A program made the position numbers and the translations under genes. A stretch of 64,000 bases of DNA from Chlamydiales bacterium (lineage in GTDB: Bacteria > Chlamydiota > Chlamydiia > Chlamydiales > JAAZZY01), in NCBI GenBank assembly GCA_965206695.1, contig CBDBKM010000002.1:96001-160000 (forward strand). Direction: 5' to 3'. Below are positions 38,028-48,419 of the stretch, piece by piece. The notes under the pieces were generated by a model that saw only the letters and a list, made by a program, of their open reading frames with translations, had not been told where the DNA came from and did not search any database. Within the stretch, counting starts at the first letter, position 1; every line of letters starts with the position of its first letter.

Positions 38028-39016
38028 TTTTGATATTCCTTAGAAAGTCTCAGAGCCTCTGCTTCATCTTCAAAAAAAGTTAAGCGTTCTTTTGATTTTT
38101 CTGCTGCCTCCGTATCCGGGTATTTTTCTATCGCATGCACATAATAAATGACTGAGGCTTTCATTCGACCTTGTCTTTCATAAAGTGTTGCCGTATCGAA
38201 TAAACCTTGAGAATAAATCTCTTGCATTTCTTTATATAATTGAGAAGCTTCTTTAGCTCTTTCACTCCTTGGATAATCTTGGCAGAAATTTCGAAGGTTA
38301 ATCTTAGCCAAATCAAGTAGATCGGGATTATGAAACTGGGATTGACATTGCCTATGATATACCTGAGAAATAGATAAGTAGGTGTGCGAGACAAGTTCAT
38401 GTTTAGGAAACCGGTGGATCAACTGCTGAAAAGTTTCAATACTTTCTTTATAATCTTTAAAAGAAAAAAGTAACTGAGCTTTTGAATAAAGCGATTTAGC
38501 AGCTAAATCATGTATCGGAAGAGCAGCAATGACTTCGTCAAATAGATCTAATGCTTCAGTTTTAGCCGGTAGCCATTTAGGTAATTTTTGAGAACTAAAA
38601 AGATGCTTCTTGACTCCCATTCTATATTGTTCCGCAATAGCAAATTTATATGCATAAGCTTCTTCAAAATGTTTTAAAGGAGTTTGAATAGCAAGATATA
38701 AGGTAAGCTTTTGATTCGCCATATCAAATTCCTTTACATGATAAAGGCTAACACCTAAATAAAATAGAGAATCTTGATAAAGAGGAGAATGAGGAAAATG
38801 TAGGGTCACAGTTGTAAAATGCTTAATAGCCTGATCCCAACATTTTTTCTCAAATGCTTTAACTCCGTAACTATAGTGTTCCACTACTGTCATAGAAGGT
38901 TTAAAATCTGCTTTCACGAGTTTTCCACCCTTGAAGACATATTCAGCATAAATAGAGTTGGCTGAAAAGGAACAGAGTAAACATAGGAGAACAAAAAATA
39001 ATTTTTTCATATTCAT
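38024..39016 (-). CDS. BamD-like TPR outer-membrane assembly protein (CT547-like)
   Basis: Signal peptide and TPR repeats (FPHSP, FPKHE, YPDTEAA). Confidence 0.8.
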   Translation of the reverse strand: MNMKKLFFVLLCLLCSFSANSIYAEYVFKGGKLVKADFKPSMTVVEHYSYGVKAFEKKCWDQAIKHFTTVTLHFPHSPLYQDSLFYLGVSLYHVKEFDMANQKLTLYLAIQTPLKHFEEAYAYKFAIAEQYRMGVKKHLFSSQKLPKWLPAKTEALDLFDEVIAALPIHDLAAKSLYSKAQLLFSFKDYKESIETFQQLIHRFPKHELVSHTYLSISQVYHRQCQSQFHNPDLLDLAKINLRNFCQDYPRSERAKEASQLYKEMQEIYSQGLFDTATLYERQGRMKASVIYYVHAIEKYPDTEAAEKSKERLTFFEDEAEALRLSKEYQK

Positions 39017-39098
39017 TACTAACTTGTATATATTTTAAGGGTAGAAGAATTCTAAAAAGAATAGATAGATTAAATGTTCGTGTCAAGTCTTGGAAGCA

Positions 39099-42000
39099 TT
39101 ATTTCTTTGCAATAGGGATAGTTTGAATAGAAATAAAGCCGGGAATGTCTTTAAAAGATTCTTTGAACGCCTCATCAGGACTCACGCCCCATTTACTTTC
39201 AATATGTATCGAGGCAACAGAGACATCGCTTCCCTCTAATGTAATTGTAACGGGATTGTTTCCTCGATGGGCATTAAATATTGTTTTTAAGGATAGGATA
39301 TCACTTAAACGAATATCATCAAATTTCAAACGAAGATGAACTTCCCGGCGCTTATTATCCTCAACCGTCTTTTCTTTAGGACTAAACATCTTTTTCCTTC
39401 GCCTCCCTTTTCCTTGTTTGATTGAAAATTTAACCCTATCGTAGACTTCATCACATTTACGGACCATGTTTTCATCAGTATTCTCTAAATTTTCTAGCCA
39501 ATGACAGGTAATCCTTTTTACTTCATCTCTTTCTTCTACTTGTAACACAGCACAAAGCAATTGATTGTTAATAAGTAAATGGGATTTCTCTTCATAAAGA
39601 TTTGACCAAATTGGTAATTCTATACTGTCAAATCTATCATTGACCGTTAAAAAAGCAAACTTTTTTTGGGTCGTAGACGCAACCCGCACTTTAATTGCCT
39701 CTATAATAAAGCTAGCTCGGAATACCGTATCGACTTCCATATTTTCAATTTCACTTAAAGGTATACAAGACAATCGCTGAGTAATAGTCTGAAATTGCTC
39801 CATAGGGTGCCCTGTAAGAAAAAAACCCAATAGCTCTTTTTCTCTAAATAAAATTTGGTTCTTAGGCGTTTCTTTAGAAATCTTTGGTGGTACTAAAAAT
39901 CTCTCTTCCTTTTTTTCATCCAATAAGGAGAATAAATTCATTATCCCTTGAGTCTTCTCTTTATGATTTTTAGATACCGATTCAAAAAATGGGTCAATAC
40001 TCATTCGCAACTGATCCCTTGTCCAATTGGTAAAGTCAAAGCATCCGGCATCCACCAGATGTTTTATCATTTTTTTTCCCTATTTTTTTAGGATATAAGC
40101 GCTCTATGAAATCGTAGAGCGATTGATAAAGTCCATTCTCCACTCTTTCTGATATCATAGCTTCTACTACCCCCTTACCAACACCTTTAATTGCTGTAAC
40201 AGCAAAACGAATGCCTTGATTTGTAGCTGTAAAGGTTTCCTTAGCTTCATTAACATCCGGAGGTAAGATAGCAATATTCATAGCTTGACATTCACGAATA
40301 AACTTCGCTACTTTAGAAATGTCATCACGATCACAAGTCATCAAAGCGGACATCCACTCTTTGGGATAATTAGCTTTGAAAAAGGCTGTTGCATAACTTA
40401 AATAAGCATAAGCGGCTGCGTGAGATTTATTAAATCCATAGGCAGCAAACTTTTCCATTTTATTAAAAATTGTTGTTGCTACACCTTCGTCAATACCATT
40501 TTTAATCGCTCCATCACGAAACTTTTCTCTTTGGGTAGCCATTTCTTTCATGTCTTTTTTTACCCATTGCCCGTCTTAAGACATCACCTTCACCTAATGA
40601 AAAGTTCGCAAGCCTACTGGCTATTTGCATGACTTGCTCTTGATAGACCATCACCCCATATGTTTCTTTTAAAATGTCTTCCATCCACTGATGATCATTT
40701 TCAATAGCTTCCCGGGCATGTTTTCTATTGATAAATGAAGGAATCATACTCATCGGCCCCGGTCGATAAAGAGCAATGGCCGCAAGAATTTCTTCAAATT
40801 TATCAATATGAAGCTTCATTGCAAGATCGGCCATACCGGTAGACTCTAGTTGAAAAACACCTAAGGTCTTTCCTTGATTTAACAAATCAAAAGTCGCCGC
40901 ATCATCTAAAGGAAGATTAACCCAATCAATTTTTTTACCTGAATTTTCCTTAACAAAATCTACTGCTTTTTGAATACATGTCAGAGTTTTTAATCCTAAA
41001 AAATCCCATTTTTAGCATTCCAACAGCTTCTAGGGGCTTCATAGAAAATTGGGTGACAGCCATTTCTGTATCTTTAGATTTACAGATAGGAATATGTTCA
41101 GTTAATTCCTCACCACATACGACAATTCCGGCAGCATGTATCCCCGTGTTACGAACCGACCCTTCCAATTTTCTTCCTAAGTCAATAATTTTTGCCGTAT
41201 CTTGATCCTCATGATACATCGCCCTTAGTTCAGCATCCAGATCAAGAGCTTTTTCTAAGGTGATATTGAGTTCATCGGGTACTAGCTTCGCGATTTGATT
41301 GACTTTGCTTAAAGGAATACTTAAAACACGACCCACATCTTTGATCGTTATTTTAGCTTTCATAGTACCGAAGGTGATGATTTGAGCTACATTGTTCAAG
41401 CCATACTTTTGAAGTGTGTATTCAATCACTTTACTACGCTTATCCATACAGATATCAACATCTATATCCGGATATGACAGTCTCTCGGGATTGATAAAAC
41501 GTTCAAAGAACAAATTAAATCTAAGAGGTTCAATATCGGTAATCTCTATCAGATAAAGAATAATGGATCCAACTCCGGAACCTCGCCCGGGACCTACCGG
41601 TATTGCATTTTGCTTCGCCCAAATTTATGAAATCATAAACAATTAAAATATAATCACACATCCCCTTCGATACCATTATATTTATCTCCATATCTAGGCG
41701 ATCATGAATGATCTTCATGGGATCTTGACCGGGATATTGCTTACTGATTGTTTTGGAGTCGTTCCTCTGTATAACGTTTTTTAAATTCCTTTGTTGCAAA
41801 GTTCAAGCAGAAACTCCTCAGTAGCTTTTATACGTTCTTTTTCTGTATATTTTGATTCATCATGAAGAGAAGGAGGAATAAATACAGGATAATGTTTCGT
41901 TTGAAAATCTAATTGCAAATCGCATTTTTCACTAATGTCTATACTTGCAGAAAAAGCCTCCGGATGATCTTTAAACACCACTTGCATTTGTTCGAAACTT

Positions 42001-42852
42001 TTAAAATAAAACTCATGCGAAGAAAGAGTTCGCCTTTTAGGATTCAAGACCTTACTTTTAAGGTTCCCCATTGAATCTTTTTCCCAAATTTCGCAAGGCT
42101 CTCCGGACTGAATATTCATTAGAACTTCATGTGCCCTCCAATCATCACGGTCTAAATAACATATTTCATTACATGCCACATATTTGATATTAAACTGTTT
42201 AGCCGCACCCACAAGTTTTTCATTTAGTATTTCTTGTTTCTCATGGTAATCTTGATACTTTTGTAAAAGCCAGCTCTCTTGATTGAATCGATCCTGTTGA
42301 ATGTCTTGATCATCCATATAAAAACGTTCCAATTTTAAATAAAAATCAGAACCAAAAAGGTCTTGTAATCCTTTGATTTCATTTAAGTAACCTTCATCTG
42401 AACCATTTAAAAACATGATGGGCAATCATACTATTGAGGCCACCGGAGATACAAATTAAACCTTTAGAATATTGTGTTAATAATTCCTTGTCAATCCGGG
42501 GGAAATAATAGAAACCTTTCATATAGCCTAAGGAAGTCAGCTTGCATAGGTTATGATAGCCTTGTTGATTTTTCGCTAATAATATTAAACTATAAGTATG
42601 ACGAAAACCCGGTTGACGACTTTTTTCTAAACATGAAAATGGAGCCAAATAGATATCACAACCAATAATAGGCTTAATCTTTTTTGCCCTACACGCCTTA
42701 TAAAACTCGAGTGCTCCGAAAAGATTGCCTTTATCCGTTAAAGCTAAAGCTGATAAATTGAAAGAGTGTGCTTTTTTTACTAATGCCTCCGGTTGTCCCA
42801 AAGCACTCAGTGTTGAATAATGAGAGTGAACATGTAAAGGTACCCATGACAT
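39099..42852 (-). CDS. dnaE: DNA polymerase III alpha subunit, broken by 7 apparent +1 frameshifts
   Basis: PHP HVHSHYS/TDKGN, GPGRGSG, YPDIDVD, GIHAAG, KMDFLG, YQEQVMQ, YGFNKSHAAAY recovered in order across the fragments. Confidence 0.93.
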
Positions 42853-42869
42853 TTATTTACCTTAACTAA

Positions 42870-44219
42870 TTAAGTTTGTGATAACGCCGGCTCTTTTCTA
42901 GCTTCTGCATTCCATAAAGGGATAAATAATAAAAAGCAAATAACACCACATATCGCTAAGGATATAAAAAATGCTTCCCAACCCCAATTTTGAGAAATAG
43001 CTCCTAGAGGAAGACCCGCAATCATGGCTCCAAAATAAGCGAACCACCCGGCAAACCCTGTAGCCGTACCCGATGCTTTTTTATGTGAAAATTCTGCTGC
43101 AGCCAGACCAATCAACATCTGAGGTCCGAAAATAAAAAAACCGATTATAAAAACTAATAGAGCATCAATCAATACTGATCCTCCCTGATACGACCAAAAC
43201 CCCAGGATGGAGATAAAAACACCGACTGAAAAAAGCGTATTCATAGGTCCTCTTTTACCTCTGCTCACACGATCTGATAACCAACCCGCTGCAAGCATAC
43301 CGATAAAACCACCTATTTCAAACCAAAAAACACAAGAATTCGCAGCCATTAACGTGTATCCCTTTGTCTCTACTAAATAAATAGCGGTCCAATCATTAAT
43401 ACCCATCCGAATGATGTAAACAAAGAGGGAAGCAAAACCTAATATCCATAGATAAGGATTGATAAGGACATAATCGAATAATAACTCTTTGAAGCTTAAA
43501 TCTTTTTCAAGATGATCTATTCTCATATTCTCCGGATAGTCAGCTCTGTGCTGTTCAATAATAGGTAATCCCAGCGACTGAGGAGTATCTCTTAATCGAT
43601 TAAATAAAAAAAAGCCTACAATAAAACAAATGACACCGGGAACAAATATTGCCATCCGCCAGCCACCAAATATGCTAATACAAAAAGCGACAAGCAAAGG
43701 TATTAAAGCTCCACCCAGATTATGAGACGTGCTCCATACACTCCACCATGTACCTCTTTCAGATCTAGAATACCAATGTGTAAGCAAGCGAGAACAGGGA
43801 GGCCATCCAAAACCTTGAAACCAGCCGTTTAATCCCCAAAAAATGGCAAAAAAGACTAAAGAAGAAGATAAGCCAAAGAATATATTTGCCAATGCGGTTA
43901 AAATAAGACCTAACGCCATAAAATAACGAGGATTCGATCTATCTGATAACATGCCGCTAACAAATTTACTTATCCCGTAAGTTATGTATAATACACTCCC
44001 CAGTAAACCAAGCTGAGTCTTATCCAGTCCTAACTCCTGCATCATAATGGGCATGGCAAAAGTAAAACTTTTTCTCGTAAAATAATAAAAAACGTAACCG
44101 ATATACATACCGTAAAAAATACGGATCCGCCAATAACGATACTCTTTTTTTATTTGTTCTTCATCTTTAATCGCCTCTAAATGAGGAGCAGGCTTGAATA
44201 GGTTTAGCATCGAATTCAT
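42870..44219 (-). CDS. uhpC: Hexose-phosphate transporter/sensor (MFS, OPA family)
   Basis: YWRIRIFYGMYIGY, ERGTWWSVWSTSHNLGG, GPQMLIGLAAAE. Confidence 0.93.
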   Translation of the reverse strand: MNSMLNLFKPAPHLEAIKDEEQIKKEYRYWRIRIFYGMYIGYVFYYFTRKSFTFAMPIMMQELGLDKTQLGLLGSVLYITYGISKFVSGMLSDRSNPRYFMALGLILTALANIFFGLSSSLVFFAIFWGLNGWFQGFGWPPCSRLLTHWYSRSERGTWWSVWSTSHNLGGALIPLLVAFCISIFGGWRMAIFVPGVICFIVGFFLFNRLRDTPQSLGLPIIEQHRADYPENMRIDHLEKDLSFKELLFDYVLINPYLWILGFASLFVYIIRMGINDWTAIYLVETKGYTLMAANSCVFWFEIGGFIGMLAAGWLSDRVSRGKRGPMNTLFSVGVFISILGFWSYQGGSVLIDALLVFIIGFFIFGPQMLIGLAAAEFSHKKASGTATGFAGWFAYFGAMIAGLPLGAISQNWGWEAFFISLAICGVICFLLFIPLWNAEARKEPALSQT

Positions 44220-44392
44220 ATTCTACCTATTTCCTTGAATTTTGGCTTATTCTTTAGATATTTAATCCTTCCAAATTAATAAGAGACCCTTCCAAATCAG
44301 GGCAAAAAAAATTCTAATGGGGTCGAAAATGTAATCAGGAACCCAAGCTTTGTCAACTATTTTTCTTTTATACTGAATTGAATACAAGGTTG

Positions 44393-45491
44393 CGCCCTTT
44401 CAACATCGAAGTGCAACACTCGCTGCTTCCTTACTGAGACGGTTAAACACCTCCTCCGGTGTTGAAAAGTTTAACACTTTTCGGGGTCTATTGTTAAGCA
44501 AGTTCTCAATCTTTTTTAAATTACCTGCTGAGACTTCATCAAACCGTTTATTTTTAGGGAGATATTGTCGAACGAGTCCATTCGTATGCTCGTTCAGCCC
44601 TCTCTCCCACGAATGATAGGGGGTAGCAAAGTAAAAACTTGTCTCAAGTAATTGGCTCACTTGTTTATGGTAAGTAAATTCTTTCCCGTTGTCAGCAGTT
44701 AATGTCATGACAAATTTTTGGACCGGTCTTAACCTGTTTACTAGCGCATCCTTTACTTCCTCAGCGGTTTTACGCGAGACTTTTTCCGGTTTTGTTAGCT
44801 TTGAGACTCTTTCGACCATTGAGACAATGACTCCGCTCCCTTCTGTTCCTATGATTGTATCCAGTTCCCAATCGCCTAAACGAGTTTTCTTCTCTACGAT
44901 ATCAGGCCTTTCAGAAATATCTGTCCGTCCGGGAATCCATCCTCGTCCGGCCCTATTTTTACCTCGCTTGTTATATTTCTTCCCACTATGTCTAAGGTGT
45001 TTATACAACAAGCCTCCTCTTTTTTTGTCCTCCCAAACATAGTTATAGATTGTCTCATGGCTTACAGCTTCTTGATACCCTTTCTTCTTCAGCCATCCCG
45101 ATATTTGATCGGGGCTCCACTGCACGCTTAACTTCTCTTCGATAATGGCAATCATTACACTGCTCATCTTTCGTTGTTGAGTTTTTGAGCCTCGTCTCTT
45201 TAAAGCCTTCTCTTGAGCCTGTTGATACCGATATCCACGCTTTCCACAATTTCGTTTTAGCTCGCGATAAACAGTCGATCGATTTACGTTTAACTCATTG
45301 GAAATTAAGGTGATAGGATCTCCTCTTCTTATTAAGGTATACAATTGGCATCTCTTGTCTTTGTTTAAGTGACGGTAGCCGTTTGGCATCTTTCCTCCTT
45401 GGTTTTCTTACGTTTACCATAGGAGATTTTTTACCACCTTCAGACAAGTTTAATTTGTAGCGGTTTGTTGCACTTCGATGTTGAAAGGGCG
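44393..45491 (-). mobile_element. Intact IS30-family element
   Basis: Perfect 26-bp TIRs CGCCCTTTCAACATCGAAGTGCAACA; 3-bp flanking duplication TTG. Confidence 0.95.
44400..45389 (-). CDS. IS30 transposase
   Basis: HTH, WSPDQI, DWELDT, ADNGKEF, WERGLNEHTNGLVRQY. Confidence 0.95.
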   Translation of the reverse strand: MPNGYRHLNKDKRCQLYTLIRRGDPITLISNELNVNRSTVYRELKRNCGKRGYRYQQAQEKALKRRGSKTQQRKMSSVMIAIIEEKLSVQWSPDQISGWLKKKGYQEAVSHETIYNYVWEDKKRGGLLYKHLRHSGKKYNKRGKNRAGRGWIPGRTDISERPDIVEKKTRLGDWELDTIIGTEGSGVIVSMVERVSKLTKPEKVSRKTAEEVKDALVNRLRPVQKFVMTLTADNGKEFTYHKQVSQLLETSFYFATPYHSWERGLNEHTNGLVRQYLPKNKRFDEVSAGNLKKIENLLNNRPRKVLNFSTPEEVFNRLSKEAASVALRC

Positions 45492-45729
45492 TTGAATAAC
45501 CTAGCATCTTTACAAATAAACCGCAATCAAATGATCCATTTTCAAATTTAATTTAGTTGATTTTTTTACTCTTAATGCTTACAAAAAAATGCCTTTTGCT
45601 TTACTTTATGTTAGAGATCTATTAAAAAAATGAATGCTCTTTGTTCCATTCTCCGATTTTTTAGGTGAAAAATTTAGTATTCAATGGGTCAACGATTAGA
45701 TTTGAAAATTCTGTTAATTAAAATGATCA

Positions 45730-46485
45730 ATGCAAGTATCACAGACAAACAATAAGCAGTCTTTAAAGAACCGAATCATCTCTTCAAAAAAAACAGGGAT
45801 TCTTTCTCATCTATTTAAGAGAAAAAAGAGAGTTCAATTGCAAACCGATAACTCTCAAAATATTAAAATATCGATAAAAGCTTTAAAATTATCCGGTAAA
45901 GTCTATTCTCCTAATAAAGAAAAAACTACTACTAATGCCAGTAACGGTTTATTTACAGATAAAATAAGTATTTATTTTGGAATGGCACTTATCCTTTTTA
46001 TGATAGGACTAGCGCTTACCTTTTTTTTCCTTAAACAACATACTCCGGTTCCGGCGTCCCCAATCCGATCCACTTATTCACCTTATTCTAAAAAAATTAG
46101 CCATGCATATTTCACTACTGCAAAAAGAAAAAATCATTCATTTTTCAACCGATTTCAAAAGAAAAAATTGAATGAATTATCCGAATACATTAGAGAAAAA
46201 GAGCAAAACTTACACCAAATGACAGAAACCGTTACCTCTTTATTGAAATATCAACCGGTTTACTATCAACCATTTATTCAGCAATTATTAAGTTACGAAA
46301 AAAATTACCTAAAAACACAAAAACAACTCGATCAAGTTATTGATAATCTAAATACCGGCTACAATATCCCTTTTACCCCACCATTTTTTTCTGATTCTAT
46401 TACTAAAACAATTACGACTGATGCCCTAATCCCCTATTATCTTTCTTCTCCGGTAGATAATTATCCTATTATCTATTCAGATTAG
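45730..46485 (+). CDS. Hypothetical single-TM protein with basic N-terminus and C-terminal coiled coil
   Basis: 251-aa ORF with one TM (ISIYFGMALILFMIGLALTFFFL); no family recognised. Confidence 0.6.
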   Translation: MQVSQTNNKQSLKNRIISSKKTGILSHLFKRKKRVQLQTDNSQNIKISIKALKLSGKVYSPNKEKTTTNASNGLFTDKISIYFGMALILFMIGLALTFFFLKQHTPVPASPIRSTYSPYSKKISHAYFTTAKRKNHSFFNRFQKKKLNELSEYIREKEQNLHQMTETVTSLLKYQPVYYQPFIQQLLSYEKNYLKTQKQLDQVIDNLNTGYNIPFTPPFFSDSITKTITTDALIPYYLSSPVDNYPIIYSD

Positions 46486-46793
46486 GAGTTTTGTGTAGAG
46501 ACCCTTAATTAGCCCTTTCAACGTTGAAGTGCAACAAATAGGAGCAAATAGAAAATAATTGATTACTACAGTGGAGTTTTGTTCAGATATCAGGCAGATT
46601 GAAAGAGACGGGTCTTTTTATCAGCCATGAAAGCATCTATCGTCACATTTGGAAAGATAAACAAAATGGGGACCACCTACTTATAAGGATTTAAGACATC
46701 AAGTAAAAAGTATAAAAAACGAGGTTCTGTTAAAGCCGGCCGGGGCTTTATTCCCGACCGAGTTGATACTGATGAGAGGCCGGATGTTGTCAA

Positions 46794-48110
46794 TAGACTT
46801 TTTTCGAAATGCATCATAAAGATCTCTGCATAACTGACTTGATAATATTTTTTAAAACTCACTGATCTAAATCATTTGAAAAAAAATTGACCAAGGCAGA
46901 AGAAAAGCTCAAGAAACAACTTTGGCATTTGGGTAATGAGGAATTTAAATAAACTAAAAAAAACTCATTTATATTCCATTTAAAATATGGTAAATTTTAT
47001 TTTGGATACAAGATTTTGCTAGCTTTAATAAGAAAGCGAATAGAAAAGGACGGTTTATTTTAGTTAGAGAAAATTATTTGATTCGCTTTTTAAAAGATCC
47101 TGGGTTTGATTCTATTTTTTTAAAAAGCATCGTTTATAATATCGGACAATATCAATACAAAAATTGGCGCCAAGAAAATCCAACGATTAAGATGGACTTT
47201 GTCCGGAAAATCAGTAAAGAAATTATAAGATTATTGTTTTGTTTGGATATGATTAATTAGAAAAACGTTTAGAGGTCTAATAAGGTGATTATGGGTGCAA
47301 AGAATCGCAAGAATCGATTGCCGATTAAATACAAATCATTGTTCGTCTATTCCGATAACGACCGGAAATGATTTTAAAGCGTTTGATCATTCCTATCACA
47401 TTTTCATTCAAAACATGTTCCCTGATAATTGTCTATCATTGTTCTTATCTTCTTTAGTTTAGAGGCTTCTTCTTACTTTTCGGTTTTTTTTGGCATATTT
47501 GGTATTAGCATAAAGCTTTTTTAGTCCTTGATATCCCGTATCCGTTTAATACGTTTATTCTCGGATGAATTTTTATTTTTGACTCCTTAAACAGTCTAAA
47601 ATCATGTCTCCTACCATTAGAAAATGCCGTACAAATAATTTGTTGTGTTTTCTTATCTACTATAACCTGAGTCTTTAAGGTATGCTTTTTCTTTTTCCTC
47701 GATTAGAAATATTTTTGTTTTTTTAAAAGTACTTGACGACCGGATAAAGCAAAATCAGGGTGCTTAATGTAAGTGTATCTTCAATCCACTTTATACTTTT
47801 ATAAGTGCTGCTTTCACTTATACCGGAACTTTGCCTGACATGAAAATTAGGTTCTATATTCTCTCATATACTCTAAAGCCATTAAATGTATCTTCTAAAC
47901 TTAGTTCCTTTTTTCTTCCACTAAAAGTTTTTCTATTTCTAATCGATGTGTTTAATATGAATATTATTCAATCGAATGTTGATTTTTTTATACCTGTTAA
48001 ACAACGAAACTTTTCATCATTCAAGGTGCGAATTTTTTCAAATTTCATGGTACAAACCTACTGTTAAAGTAGGCTATTATAATCAAAAGTTTAATTTCGA
48101 AAGAAGTCTA
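46794..48110 (-). mobile_element. Decayed IS5-family (ISL2-group-like) element
   Basis: TIRs TAGACTTTTTTCGAAAT / ATTTCGAAAGAAGTCTA; MKFEKIRTLNDEKFRCLTGIKKSTF, KKKHTLKTQVIVD, GRRHDFRLFK, DTGYQG remnants. Confidence 0.85.
46867..47279 (+). pseudogene. Deletion-riddled IS1634 remnant
   Basis: Collinear short blocks matching about 54774-55539 of the intact IS1634. Confidence 0.85.
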
Positions 48111-48150
48111 ATGAAATATCTACTTGTTACGCTTCATAGTTGAAAAGGCG

Positions 48151-48262
48151 CTGCGATTGACAAATTGGACGGCTGTTGCAGATATCTGCAACAGCTCTGC
48201 CTTTGAGGCCTTCATAGAATAATCTTTGATTTTGTTTTACTATCCCATTGCTTCGTCTTCAT
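48151..48262 (-). pseudogene. IS3-family OrfA (HTH) N-terminal remnant
   Basis: MKTKQWDSKTKSKIIL/EGLKGRAVADICN with a frameshift; truncated by the IS30 right end. Confidence 0.6.
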
Positions 48263-48419
48263 CAAGGGTCTTCTTAACTTAAAAAGTTACCGGTTTACTC
48301 CCTTTTGTAATTGCTGTTCTTAATGGAAGTCAGCATACTTTCTTCTTTTCTTTTTTCTCCTAATTTACTAAAATCCTTTTACTTGTAGCTGTTTAAACTA
48401 TCATTTTTATAAGTATCAT

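Larger units (their letters stand above)
46512..48150 (+). mobile_element. Decayed IS30 element hosting nested insertions
   Basis: Left TIR GCCCTTTCAACGTTGAAGTGCAACA and degenerate right TIR TGTTACGCTTCATAGTTGAAAAGGCG; remnant QISGRLK...SHESIYRHIW...GRGFIPDRVD. Confidence 0.85.

Noticed and set aside
39099..42852. Split or intein-containing DnaE, or programmed frameshifting
   Set aside because: No intein-like insert. The fragments are contiguous after single-base removal, and several runs are only 3 nt, too short for slippage.
44270..44340. Possible additional IS end (AAGAGACCCTT...ATGGGGTC) upstream of uhpC
   Set aside because: Only a short match to 46495-46506, with no partner end or transposase to support it
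47831..48067. 78-aa ORF, and the similar ORFs 60203-60394 and 60439-60702
   Set aside because: Antisense or off-frame readings of decayed transposases
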